Below, piece after piece: positions 10,899 through 20,326 of a stretch of DNA of 64,000 nt (position 1 is its first letter; the number at the start of each line of letters is the position of its first letter). The stretch lies in the NCBI RefSeq assembly GCF_002967765.1, contig NZ_PUHY01000005.1, positions 688,774-752,773 of the forward strand. The letters are read 5' to 3'. The notes beneath the pieces are model-generated. The model made no database searches and had not been told where the DNA came from. It worked only from the letters and a program-made list of their open reading frames with translations. The DNA is from Blastopirellula marina. GTDB lineage: Bacteria > Planctomycetota > Planctomycetia > Pirellulales > Pirellulaceae. A program made the position numbers and the translations under genes.

Positions 10899-11513
10899 AT
10901 GCGCCACGTAGCGCCTCTGCTGCTTTTAGCATCGACCCTATTGGCCGGTAGTGTCGGTTGCCGCTCGCCTTATTACCAAGATAAGTTGGCCCTGATTGGT
11001 GCTGGCACTGGAGCACTTGCCGGTGCCGCAATCGGGAATGCCTCGGGGCATTCGGCCGGTGGTGCGATTATCGGCGGTATCGTCGGTGCCACAGCAGGCG
11101 GAGCGGTTGGCTCGCACATGGACGAAGTCGAAGCTCGCAATCAGGCCCTTATTCAAGAGCGTCTTGGCCGCAGCGTGGAAGGGGCGACGACTTACGCCGA
11201 CGTGATCGCGATGAGCAACGCTGGTCTCAGCGATCAGGTCATCACCACACACATTCGTCGTCACGGGGTCGCCCAAGTTCCTCAGGCCCAAGATTTGATT
11301 TATCTGAAGAGCAACGGTGTCAGCGACGCCGTGATTGGAACCCTACAGGCACCACCTCCAACGGAAGTCGTCCGAACGGTTGCCCCGCCTCCACCGCGCG
11401 CGGTGATCGTGGAAGAATACCATTACGGTCCACATTGTTGGGGACCGCCGCCGCGACGTCATGTGCATCATCACCACCCTGGGGTAAGCTGGGGTGTTTC
11501 GTTCAGCAACTAA
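10899..11513 (+). CDS. glycine-zipper (2TM-like) lipoprotein with His-rich C-terminal tail
   Basis: The six-frame ORF is 10788..11513. The likely start is the Met at 10899, which has AAGGAGG upstream and a lipobox (LLAGSVGC). It has a GAGTGALAGAAIGNASGHSAGGAIIGGIVGATAGGAVG glycine zipper. The C-terminus is RRHVHHHHPG. Confidence 0.7.
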   Translation: MRHVAPLLLLASTLLAGSVGCRSPYYQDKLALIGAGTGALAGAAIGNASGHSAGGAIIGGIVGATAGGAVGSHMDEVEARNQALIQERLGRSVEGATTYADVIAMSNAGLSDQVITTHIRRHGVAQVPQAQDLIYLKSNGVSDAVIGTLQAPPPTEVVRTVAPPPPRAVIVEEYHYGPHCWGPPPRRHVHHHHPGVSWGVSFSN

Positions 11514-11701
11514 ATTGCCAGTGTGAACCATCGAACAAAACAAATTAGGGAAGCTGTTGTCGCTTCCCTTTTTCTTTGCGCATGCTTAACGCCAACCAAT
11601 CGTTCTTCCGTAAAGTTCCTGAAACCCGACTCGGACCGCGAGGGGTAAAACAGGTATACTGATGCCGATAGTCCGAAGTTTCCCCCAGCACTGACCAGGC
11701 C

Positions 11702-13447
11702 ATGAGCAGCGACCAACCCAACCAAGACGTCAATCCATCCGCCGCGAACCAGAAAACGCCGCGCTACGTGCCACCCATGTGGGTTTGGATCACATCGGTC
11801 GTGTTGCTGGTGATTGGCATGATCGGCTTTTTTGGCAGCGAACTCGGCAAAGGCCCACTCGCAGCGTGGTACGATTCCGTTTGGTTTCTGCGTGATGGAG
11901 CGATCTGCAATTTGTTTCTCCTGATTGGCGGCTTCTTCGCCTTCTTTATCCCGCTGATGTGGATCACGTTCCGTAGCAGTTGGCCGACCGGAATTCGCCT
12001 GCTTCCTTTGGCAGTCGTGGTGCTGATGGTCGGTGGCTTCTTCGCCGTTTTTGAGATCAAAGCGGTCTCCGGTTACACCGTTCCCCGCTTCGGCTATCGC
12101 TGGGGGAAAGAACCGGACCAACGACTTGAAGATATCGCTGGCACGGCGCCTGAAGCCGTTGCGGAACAAGATGCGCAAACCGAGCTGTCGCCTGATCCCA
12201 ACGCCTGGCCGCAGTTCCTCGGTCCCGAGCGTAACAACCGCTTGCCTGGTCCGAAGTTGGCCACTGATTGGGGCGCGAAGCCACCCCAGGAGCTATGGCG
12301 AATGCCGATCGGCGCTGGCTGGTCGGGCTTCGCCGTGCAGCATGGTCGCATCTACACTATGGAGCAGCGTGGTGAGAACGAGTTGGTCACCTGCTACGAC
12401 ATCGAAAAGCTCGACGATGCAGGAAAGCCGACGTTGATTTGGGCGACTGGTATCGAAGCTCGGCATTACACCGTAATGGGCTACGCTGGCCCGCGTTGCA
12501 CTCCCCTGCTCTTCGATGGTCGCGTCTATGCTTCGGGAGCCACAGGCGTTCTCCGCTGCCTCGATCAAGCCAGTGGGAAAGTCGTCTGGCAGCACGATCT
12601 GAAGGAAATGTACGGGGTCACTCCCGACGTCGAGACCGCCAATATCGCTTGGGGCCGAGCTAACAGCCCGCTGGCCTATGAACTTGATGATCGCAAGATC
12701 GTGATCATTCCTGCCGGCGGTGCTGATTCCAAGAACGAGGAAGAGATGGTTTCGCTGGTTGCCTTCGATGCCGCTACGGGAGAAACGGTGTGGGAAGGTG
12801 GCCACCAGCAAATCAGCTATGCTTCACCCTGCATCATTCAAGTCGACGGTGCCGATCAGATTTGTAGTATCAACGAAGCCACGATCACCGGTCACGATCC
12901 GGCAACCGGCAAAGAGTTGTGGTCGATGGAGTGGCCAGGCAGCTCGCACGCCAATGCGACCTGCTCGCAAGTTCACTCGCTGGGTAACAACCAGTTCTTT
13001 GTCTCCAAGGGGTACGGCCAAGGGGCGCGCACTTTCGAGGTCAAGCCGTCCGGCGAAGATGGCTTCACCGTCGAAGCGTTGTGGGATAACAGCCGCGTGC
13101 TCAATACCAAGTTCACCAACGTTTCGATTTTGAAGGACGACATCTTCGGAATTGACGACGGCATCCTTGAAAAGGTCACGATCGGCGAGAAGCGCCCTGA
13201 GTGGCGCGAGCGTGGCTTCGGACATGGACAGGTTCTGCTGGTCGGTGATGTGTTACTCGTGATGGGCGAAGAAGGTAACTTGGCTGCCGTCGACACTAGC
13301 TCGGACAAGTATCATGAATATGGCCGCCTCAAAGCGCTCTCCAGCGAAGTCGCCGCCACCTGGAACCCACTCTGCCTCTACGGCGACTTGCTGCTCGTTC
13401 GCAACGCCGAAGAAGCGGCCTGTTACCAGCTGGCGACCGAGGAGTAG
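11702..13447 (+). CDS. PQQ-like beta-propeller repeat protein with N-terminal transmembrane helices
   Basis: It has three N-terminal hydrophobic helices. These are followed by WPQFLGPERNNRLPG and repeated 'G.vy.g...G.l.a.D..tGk..W' units typical of PQQ/BamB-like propellers. Confidence 0.7.
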   Translation: MSSDQPNQDVNPSAANQKTPRYVPPMWVWITSVVLLVIGMIGFFGSELGKGPLAAWYDSVWFLRDGAICNLFLLIGGFFAFFIPLMWITFRSSWPTGIRLLPLAVVVLMVGGFFAVFEIKAVSGYTVPRFGYRWGKEPDQRLEDIAGTAPEAVAEQDAQTELSPDPNAWPQFLGPERNNRLPGPKLATDWGAKPPQELWRMPIGAGWSGFAVQHGRIYTMEQRGENELVTCYDIEKLDDAGKPTLIWATGIEARHYTVMGYAGPRCTPLLFDGRVYASGATGVLRCLDQASGKVVWQHDLKEMYGVTPDVETANIAWGRANSPLAYELDDRKIVIIPAGGADSKNEEEMVSLVAFDAATGETVWEGGHQQISYASPCIIQVDGADQICSINEATITGHDPATGKELWSMEWPGSSHANATCSQVHSLGNNQFFVSKGYGQGARTFEVKPSGEDGFTVEALWDNSRVLNTKFTNVSILKDDIFGIDDGILEKVTIGEKRPEWRERGFGHGQVLLVGDVLLVMGEEGNLAAVDTSSDKYHEYGRLKALSSEVAATWNPLCLYGDLLLVRNAEEAACYQLATEE

Positions 13448-13543
13448 AAGACAGCCTCGCTCGCCATTGACAGAAGAAACTGGGAGGGCGCGTCTCGATG
13501 TATTGTCCGCCCCCTAGCGTTTGAGCCAACCAGTAGCAGCCTG

Positions 13544-16500
13544 TTATTCACCCGGCTCAATCACCAGCATCCGCACTTTGCGTTTCTCCTTCACAAATTC
13601 CAGCCCTGTCTGGGACGAGATAGTTGCTAACACCAGGTCCGGATCATGCGCCATCTGTAGTTCGACCGGGGTGGCCGGACTCGGAGCATGAAGGCGGAAC
13701 GAGACATTCTGTTCCGGCAAGTTGGTCGCTTCGATGACGATCGGGACGTCAATCCAGCGTCCCAGCCATTGATTGAAGAGCTGGAAAGTGCCCGTTCCTC
13801 CCCCGGCCCCGCCATCAGGAAAGGCTTTCGCGCCGAAGATTTCAATCGTATCGTACTGAGAGTAGGCGTGGCGCGGGGCATCCTCTTTCGGTACGAACTC
13901 CGGCAGCGGCTTGAACTTGTACTTTCCTTTCATGACGTAGACCTCCCGTTCCTGATCCTCGAAACGCATCTTCACGTTCAGCTTCAACTGATCGTTGAAA
14001 ATGGTGCTCAGTTCTGGCAAAAGCTTCTCACCTTTGGCCTCCGGGCGCACGACCCAGTCGCCAGTTATTTGGGTTGATAGGAAGTCGCTTGGTCCTGCGA
14101 TGTTTTGTGGATAGATATCGAACATCGTCTCCACGATCGAACCGATGTGCTGGCCACCGAAAACCATCCGCCAGCTTTCCAGGTTGCCTTCGCTGTAGTG
14201 GAACGTCAGCAAATCGGGGCCAGCGGGAATCGACTGATACTGGGACGGATGGGCGGCTTTGTACCACTTTGCCCGCGAATCAGGAAACGGTGGGGCAATC
14301 CGTTTGATATTCTGGTCATCATCAAGTCGATAGCCTGCTTCGATCATCGCTTGTAAATAAGGTGCGGCTTCCTGTTTGAGTTTCTTTTGCCGCTCGGCGA
14401 ACGAGAGTTTCGCGTCTTTGGGTTTCTCCTCCTCAGGCGACTCTTGCGGATCTTCCGCTTCCTTGTTCTCTGCCGCCAACGCGACAGCATCGTTCAACTC
14501 ATGAAATTTGCTGGCCACATCGTGCAGCGAACCATGTGCGGCGACTCGGCCTTCGGCGTCGAGTACGACGCAGTAGGGATACATCTTCACTGGGTAACCA
14601 CCGACCAGGTCTTCGTCTGACTTGGCCGCGGCAAACGTTGGATAGACATGCGCGCCATCTTGGATGGCGGCAGCGATGTCATCCGCTGGCGTCCCTGGCG
14701 GATGAATGCCGATCACTTGCCCTTTTTTCGCGATTTGATTTAGGATTGCGTAATCGTTTTTGCAAGGACCACACCACGCCGCCCAGAAGTGAACCAGCGT
14801 CGGCTTGCCACTTAGCTGCGGCTGCTCGCCCAGCCACTTGCCATCCGTTAAGGGAGGCGCGGCCTGACCGACTAGCTTTTGCATGGGGACTTTCAGCTTA
14901 TCGATCAACTCCTGGCTTTTCTGTAGTTCCAGCTGCTTTTGTTGCACTAGGTGATCGATTTCCGCTTGAGAAATGTCGTCTCGCCAGTCGTACTCGATAA
15001 CTGCATCGGCAACCCGTTGGTCTTGTACAAAGTCACCCGTCTGCGGTTTCAGTTTTTCTATCCGCTCGGTGAGATCGACATCGGTCGTACACTTCTTCAC
15101 ACGACTCTCGCAGCGGATGTAAGCATACTTTCCCTCGCCTTCTTTGCTGGTGTGGCAAACGATTCGATCCTGGGTGAAGGGATACCAAGCTCCGGGAGAG
15201 ATCTCTTGATAGTCACCGAACTGGACAAAACAGGAAGCGTTGGCCATGTGGTCGAAATTGGCCTCAAAAAATGCTTCGCCCAATTCGTCGATTTCCGCAG
15301 ATGTCAGCTGTGATTTTTGTTGTCGATACCACGCATAGTAATCTTTCGCCGAGGGAAACATTTGGCCTGCGATCTTCTTCACCGCTGGATGCTCATGCAC
15401 CAAGTCACTTTTGCCACCGTAGTACACGTAATAGAGCGCGGCATGAATCAGTCCCGTTTTGCGACCAATCCAAAGCCGTTCCGCGCGCCCCTTCGATTCC
15501 ACAATGTCGCATGTTTCACCTCCCATCTCCTCTTGACCCAGATGACGATAGGTAACGATGGCAGGATCGACGCGATTGTGGCACGTGTTGTGATAATCGT
15601 TGTCACCCCACCAAAACGTACGCGGTGTCGCTTGAATGAATTGATAAGCAAGGGGAGAAGAATGTTGCCACGACTTTTCGAAACTGGGTAGTCGAAAGAA
15701 GCGAGCTGGACGCGTGCCCGACCGTTCCTGACACCATGCCTCTTTCGAATCGTAATACCGTACGGCGTACCAATCCGATCCTCCATCGTTATCTCGCGAG
15801 TTTCTGTGGGAGAGGGATTCACTCAAGACACGAGTGGCATCCCAGGCCAGTAGGTTGTCAATGTTGACCCACTTCTCTTCGGCGACCGGCTCTGTCAGTG
15901 CGCGGCGGAGGTTTTCAAGGGACACGACCTCTTCAGCCGTCATGGTTGCCACATCACCGTTGCGGTAATCGATCTGACTGTAAAACCGGGGCAAGCGGTC
16001 GATCGCTCTGGCTTTCGCATGAGCCGCTATGGCCAGCTTTGTTGCCTGTTCGTCCGAAATCGTGGACGCATCGTCCTCGGCGGAAGCTTCGGACGTTTGC
16101 AACGCGAAGATCGTTGCCAGTCCTACCACAACCAAGAGTACCAGCATTGCTCCGGCGGCTTGTGGCGAACGCGAAGGTTGGCCGGTCAGGCGACGGATGC
16201 GCTGCAGCAGCGAGCCTCCACTGGCAGCAATCGCCAACGGTGTGCTGCTGCGGAAGGTTTCAACCGCCAGAAGGGCCTCGGAATATGGTAGCGGACCATG
16301 ACAAAGCTCGGCCGCGATCGCGTCGCAGCAGCATTCCCGCTCTTTCCGAATCTGGGCCGAGGCCCACCATACGGCCGGATGAAAGAACAGGACTGTTTCG
16401 GCCAGGTTTTGTAGCAGGTTAACCGCGTAGTCGTAACGGCGAATGTGGGCTAGTTCATGGGCCAAGATCGCTTCGAGTTGTCCCGGCGTCAGCCCACTGA

Positions 16501-17179
16501 CCATTTCCGTCGGAACTAGAATTACCGGTCGCAGCCAGCCCAAGACCATTGGCACGGTAATCGCCGCCGACTGTCGCAGCGACACCGAACCACGAATCCG
16601 CAAACGTTGACGCAGCCGCATGAGCGGTTCCTGCCAGCGAACCTCTTCGATTGTATGGCCAGTGCTGCGAAGCTGTTGTACGGCGAACCAATTCACAGCC
16701 AGTCGCAAGGCGAGTAACGCGACGCCCACCGACCACACGAGTACGAATCGATCAAGCCACGGGGCCAGGCCGACGGATAGCCATTGTGCCCAAGATAATT
16801 CGTTGTCTGTGGGAGCGGTAAATGTTCCTACACCGATCCGCTCCATTTCGATCGCAGGTGGAACCTCCGTCAGCGAGGCGGGCTCAATCGAACGATCCTC
16901 GATGGGAACGGGTTCCGCAGAGGGTTCTGAAGCTTCGAGAAGTTTGGATTCTTGCACCACAGCAACCACTGCTGGTTGCGCGACTTCCCAGGCGAAGGTC
17001 AGCGTCGCAATCGCCGCCATGCTGGTCAACGCCGTGCAGGCAATCAGATAACGCAGCTGTGCACGGGCATACGGCACACAGGCCAGCGCCAGAAGCAAGA
17101 CCACCCCAATCACGGTGCCTTGCCACAGGAAGTGAATCAACGTCCAGCCACAGGCATCGAGAAGGTGATCGATACTCAT
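13544..17179 (-). CDS. BlaR1-family M56 peptidase signal transducer with extracytoplasmic TlpA-like thioredoxin domain
   Basis: The N-terminus (LLDACGWTLIHFLWQG) is typical of BlaR1. The HEXXH motif (ILAHELAHIRRYD) lies in the membrane domain. A WAAWCGPCKND thioredoxin motif sits at about residue 800. The start overlaps the blaI stop as ATGA. Confidence 0.8.
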   Translation of the reverse strand: MSIDHLLDACGWTLIHFLWQGTVIGVVLLLALACVPYARAQLRYLIACTALTSMAAIATLTFAWEVAQPAVVAVVQESKLLEASEPSAEPVPIEDRSIEPASLTEVPPAIEMERIGVGTFTAPTDNELSWAQWLSVGLAPWLDRFVLVWSVGVALLALRLAVNWFAVQQLRSTGHTIEEVRWQEPLMRLRQRLRIRGSVSLRQSAAITVPMVLGWLRPVILVPTEMVSGLTPGQLEAILAHELAHIRRYDYAVNLLQNLAETVLFFHPAVWWASAQIRKERECCCDAIAAELCHGPLPYSEALLAVETFRSSTPLAIAASGGSLLQRIRRLTGQPSRSPQAAGAMLVLLVVVGLATIFALQTSEASAEDDASTISDEQATKLAIAAHAKARAIDRLPRFYSQIDYRNGDVATMTAEEVVSLENLRRALTEPVAEEKWVNIDNLLAWDATRVLSESLSHRNSRDNDGGSDWYAVRYYDSKEAWCQERSGTRPARFFRLPSFEKSWQHSSPLAYQFIQATPRTFWWGDNDYHNTCHNRVDPAIVTYRHLGQEEMGGETCDIVESKGRAERLWIGRKTGLIHAALYYVYYGGKSDLVHEHPAVKKIAGQMFPSAKDYYAWYRQQKSQLTSAEIDELGEAFFEANFDHMANASCFVQFGDYQEISPGAWYPFTQDRIVCHTSKEGEGKYAYIRCESRVKKCTTDVDLTERIEKLKPQTGDFVQDQRVADAVIEYDWRDDISQAEIDHLVQQKQLELQKSQELIDKLKVPMQKLVGQAAPPLTDGKWLGEQPQLSGKPTLVHFWAAWCGPCKNDYAILNQIAKKGQVIGIHPPGTPADDIAAAIQDGAHVYPTFAAAKSDEDLVGGYPVKMYPYCVVLDAEGRVAAHGSLHDVASKFHELNDAVALAAENKEAEDPQESPEEEKPKDAKLSFAERQKKLKQEAAPYLQAMIEAGYRLDDDQNIKRIAPPFPDSRAKWYKAAHPSQYQSIPAGPDLLTFHYSEGNLESWRMVFGGQHIGSIVETMFDIYPQNIAGPSDFLSTQITGDWVVRPEAKGEKLLPELSTIFNDQLKLNVKMRFEDQEREVYVMKGKYKFKPLPEFVPKEDAPRHAYSQYDTIEIFGAKAFPDGGAGGGTGTFQLFNQWLGRWIDVPIVIEATNLPEQNVSFRLHAPSPATPVELQMAHDPDLVLATISSQTGLEFVKEKRKVRMLVIEPGE

Positions 17180-17583
17180 TTCTTAGTTCCCTTTTGTCCT
17201 TTGGATTCCAGGTCGTCCAGCAGTTCGCGGATGGCTGCCAGGTCTTCTTTCGAGGCATGTTCGTCGGAAAGTGCCTGCATGACCATCTGTGCTGGTGAGC
17301 CCGCAAACACGCGGCGTACGAAGTCTCGGAGCAGTTGCCGCTGGGTTTGCTCGGCGGCGATCGCGGCAGAGTAGATATGCGATCGCTGCGTTTCATCACG
17401 CGTGACGAGACCCTTATCAAACATCTTCTGCAAGATCTTAAGGGTCGTCGTGTAGCCGGTCGCCGAATCTGGCAACGCGTCGTGAACTTCACGAACCGTA
17501 CTCGGCCCGCGTTGCCACAACACACTCAACAAAACGAGCTCAGCCTCGGTCGGTTTGGGGAGTTTCTTCTTCATGCCTGGCAT
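17176..17583 (-). CDS. BlaI/MecI/CopY-family transcriptional repressor
   Basis: It is 135 aa. The N-terminus (PTEAELVLLSVLWQRGPSTVREVHDAL) looks like a penicillinase-repressor winged helix. It is coupled to the downstream M56 peptidase gene. Confidence 0.8.
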   Translation of the reverse strand: MPGMKKKLPKPTEAELVLLSVLWQRGPSTVREVHDALPDSATGYTTTLKILQKMFDKGLVTRDETQRSHIYSAAIAAEQTQRQLLRDFVRRVFAGSPAQMVMQALSDEHASKEDLAAIRELLDDLESKGQKGTKK

Positions 17584-17587
17584 GATA

Positions 17588-17624
17588 TACGACGCGAGTC
17601 GTAGATGTCAACGACATTTGTCGT
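17588..17624. promoter_or_regulatory. candidate BlaI operator: two adjacent palindromes TACGACgcgaGTCGTA and ACGACAttTGTCGT
   Basis: Both palindromes are perfect and lie 5 to 40 bp upstream of the blaI start codon. They share a CGAC/GTCG core and resemble the TACA/TGTA dyads bound by BlaI/CopY repressors. Confidence 0.4.
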
Positions 17625-17873
17625 AGTTTGTGAGAATGAAAAAGATTTGTAAGGAGCAACCGCAGACAACAGGGACGCGTACGGTACCGTCTTGTCGCAC
17701 TTCAACTTTCGCCGAGAGTGCTATTTACGGTAGCCTCTTTAGACTGCCAAGAGTGAGAAGCGTATCCGTATCGGGGTGAAGCCGAATGGCCAGACATCCT
17801 TGAGCTCAAATCCGCGCCTATTGGTGTCATCCGCAATTAGCCTCTTCCTCACGAACTTCACGCAGCATAACGC

Positions 17874-19841
17874 CTACCCAGAGACCTTCATCGGGCGTTC
17901 GTGAAGGCGATTGGTTTGGTACGCTTCGATGAGGCGTTCCAGCATTTCGATGCGGTAGCGGATACGTTGGCCTCGTTCGGTATCGCGGGTATGTCTGGGG
18001 GAAGCGAACTCCCGAATGCTTTGGACTTGCGGGATGATGTCGACGCCATCTCGGATGGCTGCATCGACCGATTCGAAGTGACTGTGTTGGGCCAGCACGA
18101 TTCGGCCTGGTTCCAGTACCAATGTATAGCCGAAGTCTCCGTAGGCTTCGGAAAATGCCCCATCGATTGTGATCGCTTTGCCGCTCCGCTTCAGCGGCGA
18201 TTCGCCAGCTTCGACCTTTACGGGCACGTGGCCGTTAACGATGAGCCCACCTTCGGGATCCATGCCGAACTCGGCGAGGACCTTATCGCAAAAATCGACC
18301 TCATGAATGAGCGAGAAGTAGGCGTCTTTCGATTCGTGGTGCGACGATTTATCGGCAATGAAGTCACGCTCGAGTGTGGCGATGCGGTCTTTCCCGAACA
18401 GGGGCGAACGCGGCCCGCTCCACAGGTACCAGAGGAAGTCGAGGTCGGGTTCGTCCGAGTCGACTACCGCGCGGCGAACGACTTTCTCGATCTCTTCGAA
18501 CATCGCGCGCCCGGAGAGAGAACGTCCATCGATTTCCAGCGGAAGGAAGTTCCCTTCTTCGTCGGTCGGCACGCAGCCATGGAAGATCAAGCACTCGTCA
18601 CGCTTCAGATACATCGATCCGTAGCCCACCAGAAAACGCATCTGCTCGCGTAGCTTCTGGCTGTTGAGGAACGAGTTCTTCAGTGCCGATAAGCAGGTCG
18701 CTTCCTCTGGCGTCAATTCGTACGGGTTGTCGGGATTGACGGTGGGAAAGTTGGTGTCGCGTAGTTCGTACGTCTTGCCATCGATTTGGATTGTGCCCTG
18801 GGCATGGTCGATCCGATGCATTAAGCGGCGATGATCGAGATCCCACTGCGGGTTCCGCTCGATCATCTTTCCTTCCATCTTGAACTGGATGATCGCGATC
18901 GCCTTTTGCATGCGGGCCACCACTTCCCGCGGACGCATCCCCTCCCCTTTAGGCATGAAGCGCTCTGCCGGGTCGTCGGCGTAAACGGTTCGGGCTAAGT
19001 GTTCCAGCGGCGTGAGCGGTACGCTGTAGCCTTCGTCCAGCTGACCAATCCGGCGATACCGTAGTGAGATACGAAGCACGGTGCAAAGCGCCGCTTCATG
19101 TCCCAGCGAGGCCGCCAACCACAGCACATCATGATTGCCCCAGATGAACTCCACATTTGGCTGCAAGCGAAGATAGTCCATCACCCGGTCACCTCGCGGC
19201 CCACGATCCCACAGGTCGCCTGCGATGATCAATTCGTCCACTGCCAGGTTACGAATTAACCGTCCCAGCAAGTGAATCAAATGCAGCGCGCGATCCCGTC
19301 GAACCAGTTCATCCAAAATGGCACCCACGAACGCTGGCCCCCGCTCGGTCGACGGAGCGTGCATCATTTCCAGCAGCAGTTCGCGGTACTCGGCGGGAAA
19401 CACATTGGTTGCCAGACGCAGGCTGAAGTTCGAGACGAGGAACCGCAGCAGCTCCAATTGCGGCATCAACATCCGCTGGGCATAGGCCCGGATTTCATCC
19501 GGCTCGGTGACCGTTTCGCCTACGCGCTGGGTGACTTCGGCCGGGTAGAAGATCAGGGTCAAAAACTCTTCCTGTTCGGCTTCGGTCAGTGTCTCGGCAA
19601 ACATCTCCTCGACTAGAGGGCGGAGCGTTCCCGAGGCGTTGTTAATCACGTGCTGTAGTTTTTTATCTTCGCCATGAATATCGCTTATCACATGGACGAC
19701 CCCCTTGGGGAGCGTTTGAACCGCGGCCAATCGTGCTGATTCGGCGATTGCCGCGTCGATGTTAGGAAACTGTAAAGCCAGTAGCTCGATAAGCGAGAGA
19801 TCCGCTTCGGCCCGTTTGAACGAATGAGACGACGATTGCAC
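17874..19841 (-). CDS. fbp: fructose-1,6-bisphosphatase class 3 (Bacillus Fbp-type metallophosphoesterase)
   Basis: It is 655 aa, matching the roughly 640 aa of class III FBPase. VHVISDIHGE...LQHVINNASG aligns with B. subtilis Fbp (HFVSDLHGE...FQHVLRNGSG). GNHDVLW is also present. Confidence 0.75.
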   Translation of the reverse strand: MQSSSHSFKRAEADLSLIELLALQFPNIDAAIAESARLAAVQTLPKGVVHVISDIHGEDKKLQHVINNASGTLRPLVEEMFAETLTEAEQEEFLTLIFYPAEVTQRVGETVTEPDEIRAYAQRMLMPQLELLRFLVSNFSLRLATNVFPAEYRELLLEMMHAPSTERGPAFVGAILDELVRRDRALHLIHLLGRLIRNLAVDELIIAGDLWDRGPRGDRVMDYLRLQPNVEFIWGNHDVLWLAASLGHEAALCTVLRISLRYRRIGQLDEGYSVPLTPLEHLARTVYADDPAERFMPKGEGMRPREVVARMQKAIAIIQFKMEGKMIERNPQWDLDHRRLMHRIDHAQGTIQIDGKTYELRDTNFPTVNPDNPYELTPEEATCLSALKNSFLNSQKLREQMRFLVGYGSMYLKRDECLIFHGCVPTDEEGNFLPLEIDGRSLSGRAMFEEIEKVVRRAVVDSDEPDLDFLWYLWSGPRSPLFGKDRIATLERDFIADKSSHHESKDAYFSLIHEVDFCDKVLAEFGMDPEGGLIVNGHVPVKVEAGESPLKRSGKAITIDGAFSEAYGDFGYTLVLEPGRIVLAQHSHFESVDAAIRDGVDIIPQVQSIREFASPRHTRDTERGQRIRYRIEMLERLIEAYQTNRLHERPMKVSG

Positions 19842-20326
19842 GGTTAGACTTTGGCCTACTACACAGAAAGATTCGAGAAATCGACCAACTGCACGCTCCC
19901 TTTCCGGAATCGCGCACAGTTCTGGCGCACACGTAACATGCTACGATGACGGCAGTTTACGAAGATTCGTCTGGCGATACAAATCTTCTTCTCGCGGGAT
20001 TGGAAAGGAAGGCGACCTTGCCGGTTAAGTGGCGGAACTTGGGTGCTCGGGAGGGATCGCACTTGCTTTAACCGAGGAAGTCGCGGCGGAATTAGGAACA
20101 TCTTCGATCAATCGCGGTAAAGTTCGGAATAACCGTGTTTAACCGCAACTTTCACCCTTCTTGCGTCCGAAACCCCCGTGTAGGATTTACCAATCCGGCA
20201 ACCACTGGCTAAGATCACCCAAAGTGGTCAACTACCACAATTCAAACGTCCCCCCCAGACATCTTTCGGCCCAGGCCGCCGGGATTTGTACGGCCAGTGG
20301 CATAACGGGAGCCTGAGATCTCTGAT

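Noticed and set aside
11510-12178. 222-aa minus-strand ORF overlapping the PQQ-propeller gene
   Set aside because: It is antisense to a well-supported plus-strand CDS in a high-GC genome. The translation is low-complexity and Arg/His-rich with no motifs, so it is a typical spurious GC-driven ORF.
19859-20101. 80-aa minus-strand ORF in the fbp / histidine-kinase intergenic region
   Set aside because: It has no RBS or motif, and its position is compatible with a divergent promoter region. It is probably non-coding.
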